From a virus (taxonomy: Duplodnaviria > Caudoviricetes): DNA of 54,689 nucleotides. The notes under the pieces were generated by a model. The model was not told where the DNA came from, searched no databases, and was given only the letters and a program-made list of their open reading frames with translations. The DNA is taken from positions 1 to 54,689 of IMG/VR virus record IMGVR_UViG_3300033047_000013; one strand, given 5' to 3'. This document shows positions 49,800-54,689 of the stretch, in pieces. The translations under genes and the position numbers were made by a program. The first letter of the stretch is position 1; each line of letters opens with the position of its first letter.

Positions 49800-50650
49800 A
49801 TATTAAATGATATAACGGGACGGGTCATTGATTGTAAAGCGATTTATATCGGTCGTTACATCAGGTGGGTGTTAGTGACCACTCAGGCGCAGCAGTAGGT
49901 GTCGAACCGTGAAAAAATAAATATATATTTTTATGGGAGTGATTATGAGGGGAATGACCCACATCTGTCGTACTGTATAAATGGGTCGCAACCACCAGAA
50001 TTAAGGGGTTCCGAATTGCGACCCAAGAGCGTATCGCATGATATGGGTACGACACCTCTGTACACATATTACATGAGGTTGGTGATGTCAATTACATATA
50101 AATCGGATGTGAGCACATACATGTTAGATTTTTCCAAATCTAAACCTGTAGTATGAGCGCACAGGAAAGCAGTAGCGTTTAAGCATTTGCACCTCGCAAT
50201 AAAATTACACCTTGATTCGGTCGCTTCTATATGCAAGAATCCAATTGAAGTGACGTGGATAGCATACTGGCAAACCAAATGGTAGGTCGGGCTTATCTAC
50301 CGAACCAAAGGCCGCGTAGTCCTATTGCTGTAGGGTTTATCGCGGTCTTTTTGGTTACGGGTCAACATGGCGGTTCTCTTGACCATGCCAGACCTATGTG
50401 CATCACATTGGCTTTCCCCTTATGTGATGCCGCGTTTTTGCTGAAATTACATAATTATATATTTTTTACACATAAAACGGTTTTGCTGAAATTTGGAATT
50501 GCTCGGAATTGACCCATTCGGCCACAACCTAGGGGTGTGGGGGGATGTTATGTTATAACATTATGTAATTATGAATTGTTATAATGTAACATCTACCCCC
50601 GTCGTAGAATACCCCTATGTTATAACATAACATTTTATAGTTATAGACAT

Positions 50651-50673
50651 AAAAAAAACACCCTTGCGAGTGC
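50651..50673 (-). terminator. Intrinsic terminator
   Basis: CACTC-GCAA-GGGTG followed by a T-run on the minus strand. Confidence 0.55.
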
Positions 50674-50708
50674 TTGAGTTAATTTATGTAATTTATGGGA
50701 TTATGTAA

Positions 50709-50885
50709 TTATATAGATACGTTGCCGTATGTAGCTAATCCGTCATTACTGTTAAAGCCTTTAAAATAACCTTGTTTTGGTTTAACAGTATGAAGCTTGG
50801 CTAATTCGTTACGTACTTTAAAATATGATCCACCTATCATTTTATGGTGATATTTTACTAATTTATTAAATTCTGTAATTGTCAT
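50709..50885 (-). CDS. Small hypothetical protein (58 aa)
   Basis: MTITEFNKLVKYHHK...; AAGGG SD, upstream TTGACA, downstream terminator. Confidence 0.55.
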   Translation of the reverse strand: MTITEFNKLVKYHHKMIGGSYFKVRNELAKLHTVKPKQGYFKGFNSNDGLATYGNVSI

Positions 50886-51483
50886 TTTATAACCCTTTTG
50901 TTTCTATAACCATAATATTCCATAAAATAGGTATATTGTCAAGCGTATAATTTATGTAATTCTTATAATGTTTATGGACTATCATAATTTATGTAATTAG
51001 GCGTTAAATTATGTAATTAAAACACTCTCGAATCTGAACTGCTAGTCTGAGCGTTTACTATAATCCTTATAACGACATATAACATACTATATAGAATCTG
51101 CTGGCTATTCGATTATGAAACTAACTTATTGAGAAAAGTAAGAAAAACACCATTGAAATCATTACACTTTTTAATTACATAATATTACATAATATTATGT
51201 AATAAACCGACAATTTACTATAATTTACTATAATTAAAACCCACTAGAATGTGCCTTAATTCAAATTGCTATAATTACATAATATTACATAAATTACATA
51301 AACCCGTCGCCTATTACATAATTCCTCACATATTTACATAATAAACGCTTGCACCTATTCTATATTTATGTAATATTATGGCATGGATAAAGGACGTAAT
51401 ATAATTATAGTAATATGGTTAATTGCCGCAATACTAAGCGCATTAACGTCCCATGTTTACAGTAAATTAAAAAGGATTATAAA

Positions 51484-51600
51484 ATGACTACTGTTAAAAA
51501 CGACTATCAACTGAATCAATACGCAGCAAGCATTGCTCAGGATATAATAGACAACACAACGAATCCAACAAGCGACTCAGACTACCAGGGCGCAATCTAA
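51484..51600 (+). CDS. Small hypothetical protein (38 aa)
   Basis: AAGGA SD; TAATG coupling to 51600. Confidence 0.45.
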   Translation: MTTVKNDYQLNQYAASIAQDIIDNTTNPTSDSDYQGAI

Positions 51601-51914
51601 TGACATATAACAAACAAATAGGACGCAATGCCGCAAAGCTGGCAAGCAAAACCGTCGGCGTTGCCGTGACTTTTGTCGAGTTTGACGGGACGCGATATCA
51701 TTTTTGCGCGCAATGGCATAGGCTATATAAAATTATAGGCTTAGGTGGTAAAACAGAGCGGGAATCGTCCTTAAGTAAAACCTGGCAAGCGGGCAATGAA
51801 TACGCCTATTTTAACACGGCTTGCTATCCTGAGCAATTAGTCAACGGCGATCTGGAATTTATGATTGAACGCCATATGACACAAGAAATTCACGAGAGAT
51901 TCAAGAGGGTATAG
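51600..51914 (+). CDS. Hypothetical protein
   Basis: Coupled ORF. Confidence 0.6.
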   Translation: MTYNKQIGRNAAKLASKTVGVAVTFVEFDGTRYHFCAQWHRLYKIIGLGGKTERESSLSKTWQAGNEYAYFNTACYPEQLVNGDLEFMIERHMTQEIHERFKRV

Positions 51915-52025
51915 AATGACGTTATTCAATATAAAAACAACTGATAAAACCTTGCAATCTTTAACGGGATTCCAGGTTTTGAATCACTATAAAGAATCGC
52001 CTGTTTACAAGCGGGTTTTTGGGAA

Positions 52026-52151
52026 TTATATACTTGACTTCCGTTTCTTGGGTTTTTCCTTTTCCAAGCGCGGTTTACGGGCACCCTTTGGGTTGTAGTT
52101 AAACACAGTTTTCGAGACCTTATCCAAAACCGCTATTATTTTTTTTGTCAT
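52026..52151 (-). CDS. 41-aa basic ORF downstream of the transposase
   Basis: MTKKIIAVLDKVSKTVFNYNPKG...; ATGA-coupled; stop lies in the IR. Confidence 0.45.
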   Translation of the reverse strand: MTKKIIAVLDKVSKTVFNYNPKGARKPRLEKEKPKKRKSSI

Positions 52152-53067
52152 GATGTGAGCCTTTTGTAAGTTATTCGTTTTCCATCGCTCATTTGCAACA
52201 ATGAGTCCATTCGTGCGAGTGTGTGTCTTTTAACGTCACCCTCATTCAACCTAAAAGTAAATTCGTTTATATATCTGCCCAAGTGTTTTGGGCTGGCGTG
52301 GTGGTAAACCCCGTGAAGCCCACGCTTCATAACGGCGAAAACGCTTTCAATACCATTTGTTGTAACATTGTCGCGAACATATTCACCTGCACTATGATTG
52401 ATGCTCTCATGCGTGTAAAACAACCCTCCAATCGGATTGTAAATAGGGCTTTCGTCTGTAAAAATGGTTGTGTTGGGTTTGATGTGTTTCAAAGCAAAAC
52501 CTAAAGCGTTTCGGCCGGTGACAGGTTGAATTACCTCTGCTTTTACTCGACCCCCGCGTTGGCGAGCGGCAATGACGGGTGTTTTTCCGATCGTTCCGCG
52601 ACCTCTTTTTTGTTTTTTACTTTGTGTTTTGCTCCCTCTTTGCCGCCAATGTAAACTTCATCAATTTCTACAATTCCGGACAACTGGTGTGGATCATCAC
52701 CACATGCCTCACGCAATCTTTGCAACATAAACCACGCGGTTTTTTGTGTGACACCTAATTGTTTTGATAACTGAACACTGCTTATCCCCTTTCGGGCAGT
52801 GACAAAAAGATACATTGCATAGAGCCATTTATGCAATCCAACCTTACTTCTCTCAAAAACTGTATTTGTTCTAACGGTAAATACTTTTAAATCTGCATTG
52901 CATTTATAATACCCCTCGCCTCGGGAATATATCCGTTCTTTTTCTCCACAATGCGGACAGACCACCCCGTCCGGCCAGCGGCGATCTTCCATGTATAACC
53001 GTGCAGTTTCTTGGTCAGGAAACATCTCGAAAAGTTCAAATGTTGATATAGTAGATTTACTCATCAC
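52148..53067 (-). CDS. IS1595-family DDE transposase split by one -1 frameshift near 52605-52625
   Basis: CPHCG zinc ribbon, VEIDEVYIGG; -1 frame KRGRGTIGKTPV...FTDE...INHS...TNGIES...YINEFTFR. Confidence 0.85.
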
Positions 53068-53383
53068 AAATCACCCGCAACAAAGCCATTGCGCCGGCAA
53101 TTTCTGCGGCACCTTTGGGTAATGGGTCGTACTGGTCAAATGTGGCCTCAAGATTACTCCACGCGGCGTGGCGAATGCCGTCCAAATCCATTATATGCTC
53201 TGCGTATTCCGCTGCATCTTCGATTTGGACGAACCTATCTGCTAACATCTCCCACACGCCTTGTGGTGCTTCTTGTTTATTTTGGAACCATCGCTTTACT
53301 GTGTCCGGGTTAACTCCGAAAAACTCTGCAGCCCCAGTTTTTGTGAGGCCACAGATGAAACATGCAGTTTGAAATGTGCTCAT
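53057..53383 (-). CDS. HTH protein, IS passenger
   Basis: GLTKTGAAEFFGVNPDTVKRW...APQGVW. Confidence 0.7.
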   Translation of the reverse strand: MSTFQTACFICGLTKTGAAEFFGVNPDTVKRWFQNKQEAPQGVWEMLADRFVQIEDAAEYAEHIMDLDGIRHAAWSNLEATFDQYDPLPKGAAEIAGAMALLRVICDE

Positions 53384-53868
53384 TATATATAACCCTCCAA
53401 ATCTTCACCAATAATATTAATTACGGCTGATAGGTCTTGACCTTCCCAAACAAAATCAACATCCGCCCCACCCGTTTGAGCGCGACCCGTCCAATCTGAA
53501 CCTAGGTGGTGGTCAGAAATTCTAACAACAATGTCATTAAATCTTATGTACAGACTGGTATTTTCATTGTGCGTAATCTTCCAGCCCAATTTCTTAGACA
53601 GCCGACGCACCGCCCGCATAATCCTTAGATAATTTGCATCGGCGTTAAGCATTTTCAACGCATTTGTCGCAACACCGCAATGATCGTCATATCCGCAATT
53701 AACTACAAATTCGATAGCTTCGTTTTCGGTCAAGTTACGAACAGGCACGTGGTCACAGCAGTCATCACCGCCCTCACAATCATCTTCGTGGTATAAATAG
53801 TCATTGTCTGTCAGAAAAACGCAGTTGCTGCCAGCCGACCATATTGTATATGTTATGGATTTTGTCAT
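53383..53868 (-). CDS. Acidic hypothetical protein, IS passenger
   Basis: ORF downstream of an inward TTGACT promoter in the right IR; SLY...VRISDH motif. Confidence 0.65.
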   Translation of the reverse strand: MTKSITYTIWSAGSNCVFLTDNDYLYHEDDCEGGDDCCDHVPVRNLTENEAIEFVVNCGYDDHCGVATNALKMLNADANYLRIMRAVRRLSKKLGWKITHNENTSLYIRFNDIVVRISDHHLGSDWTGRAQTGGADVDFVWEGQDLSAVINIIGEDLEGYI

Positions 53869-54001
53869 TTTAAAACTCTCTTTTAGTTTTGTGCGGTGAG
53901 CCAATCTCTCCGTCTATAACTATTGTATACGCTTTCTAAATTCGAAAGTCAAGTATATAATTCCCTAAATTTAACCACTGAGCAAATAGAGAGGACTCGC
54001 A

Positions 54002-54193
54002 ATGACTAACGAACAAAACAAAACACTAACTAAATTGAATGTTATATGTGACTTTGTGCAAAATAATAAACCAAATGAATCGGACAAAGCGCGCTGGCAA
54101 CATTATATAAATGTTAAAACCCTTTTGACGGATATGCGCACAAATTTATTTAGTCAAATAAAACCAGAAGCGGGTTTATTGGATTTAATGTAA
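54002..54193 (+). CDS. Hypothetical protein
   Basis: GAGGA SD. Confidence 0.6.
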   Translation: MTNEQNKTLTKLNVICDFVQNNKPNESDKARWQHYINVKTLLTDMRTNLFSQIKPEAGLLDLM

Positions 54194-54377
54194 TATTATA
54201 ACATAACATCTGATTTGCAACCGAAAATTGCAAAAATGACCGATTCAGCCCAAAATTGCACACCCCTTCGGCGTAGACGCCGGAACCCCTTCCAGCGTAG
54301 ACCCCCACATTTAATACTTGACACATTATTTGACTATGTTATGATAATTTAACCCCCATCAATGGAGACACTCAACT

Positions 54378-54689
54378 ATGACTAAAATAACATTAAAACA
54401 AGCGATCGAAGCGGACGCATGTGAAAGCGGTATAGCTTCAATGCGTAAATATCTCAAAAGCATCAACATGCCGGAAACCAGTACGTTTTCGATTGGTGAC
54501 GTGGCAAAAGGTTGTGATGTTTCAGATGCTTTATGGTGTTTACGGTTCGTAAAAGACCGTAGAACAATGATCGCCGCTATCATGCCAAGCGTGATTCGCG
54601 CCAGTAAACACACGTCCGATAAGCGAGTACATGAATGCATTAAAGCCCTTCAAGCATGGCTTGCAGGTGACGACACAATAGACCTCAAA
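54378..54689 (+). CDS. N-terminal 104 codons of the paralog of the 1511 gene; continues across the window end
   Basis: Only 4 substitutions seen versus 1511-1822; promoter and 23-bp repeat upstream. Confidence 0.8.
   Translation, partial: MTKITLKQAIEADACESGIASMRKYLKSINMPETSTFSIGDVAKGCDVSDALWCLRFVKDRRTMIAAIMPSVIRASKHTSDKRVHECIKALQAWLAGDDTIDLK

Larger units (their letters stand above)
50446..51480. repeat. AT-rich region with about 15 TTATGTAAT/ATTACATAA nonamers (candidate origin or packaging/end region)
   Basis: Repeats seen directly; orientation mostly switches near 51.1 kb. Confidence 0.75.
52021..53965 (-). mobile_element. IS1595-family element with passenger genes (tIS-like), 1945 bp
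   Basis: Perfect 20-bp terminal inverted repeats GGGAATTATATACTTGACTT at 52021-52040 and 53946-53965. Confidence 0.9.

Noticed and set aside
49861-50512. Short overlapping ORFs upstream of terS
   Set aside because: Mutually overlapping on both strands, weak starts, no recognisable motifs
54352-54689. Terminal direct repeat or assembly overlap
   Set aside because: It matches an internal locus (1485-1822), not position 1, and carries substitutions, so it was treated as a paralog

Overview
The window looks like a complete, circularly permuted ~54.7 kb siphovirus-type phage genome. The host is probably an alphaproteobacterium, judged from the GapR/DUF2312 gene, an alphaproteobacterial XRE regulator and RcGTA-like head-spike genes. 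The 3' end (54378-54689) appears to read on into position 1. Layout: (i) early cassette-like region, 54378 to 3438, in which nine genes are each preceded by an identical 23-bp element; (ii) replication and DNA metabolism, 3.7-23.5 kb: primase-helicase, intein-containing SF2 helicase, VRR-NUC, MazG, two more DNA MTases (three genome-wide), PD-(D/E)XK exonuclease, SSB, GapR, B-type DNA polymerase; (iii) minus-strand tail, head, lysis and terminase genes, 23.5-49.8 kb; (iv) AT-rich, repeat-rich region at 50.4-51.5 kb; (v) IS1595-family element with passenger genes. No integrase was recognised. The most unusual signals are shared N-terminal leader motifs on five virion proteins plus a C39-like peptidase gene, a strand-polarised GCGTAGAC motif, the 23-bp start-associated repeat array, a duplicated gene whose repeat tail reads poly-Leu or Ala-rich depending on frame, a poly-G-interrupted methyltransferase, and a tRNA-like gene with an enlarged anticodon arm. 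All product calls come from recognising motifs by eye, without database searches, and all repeat counts are manual.
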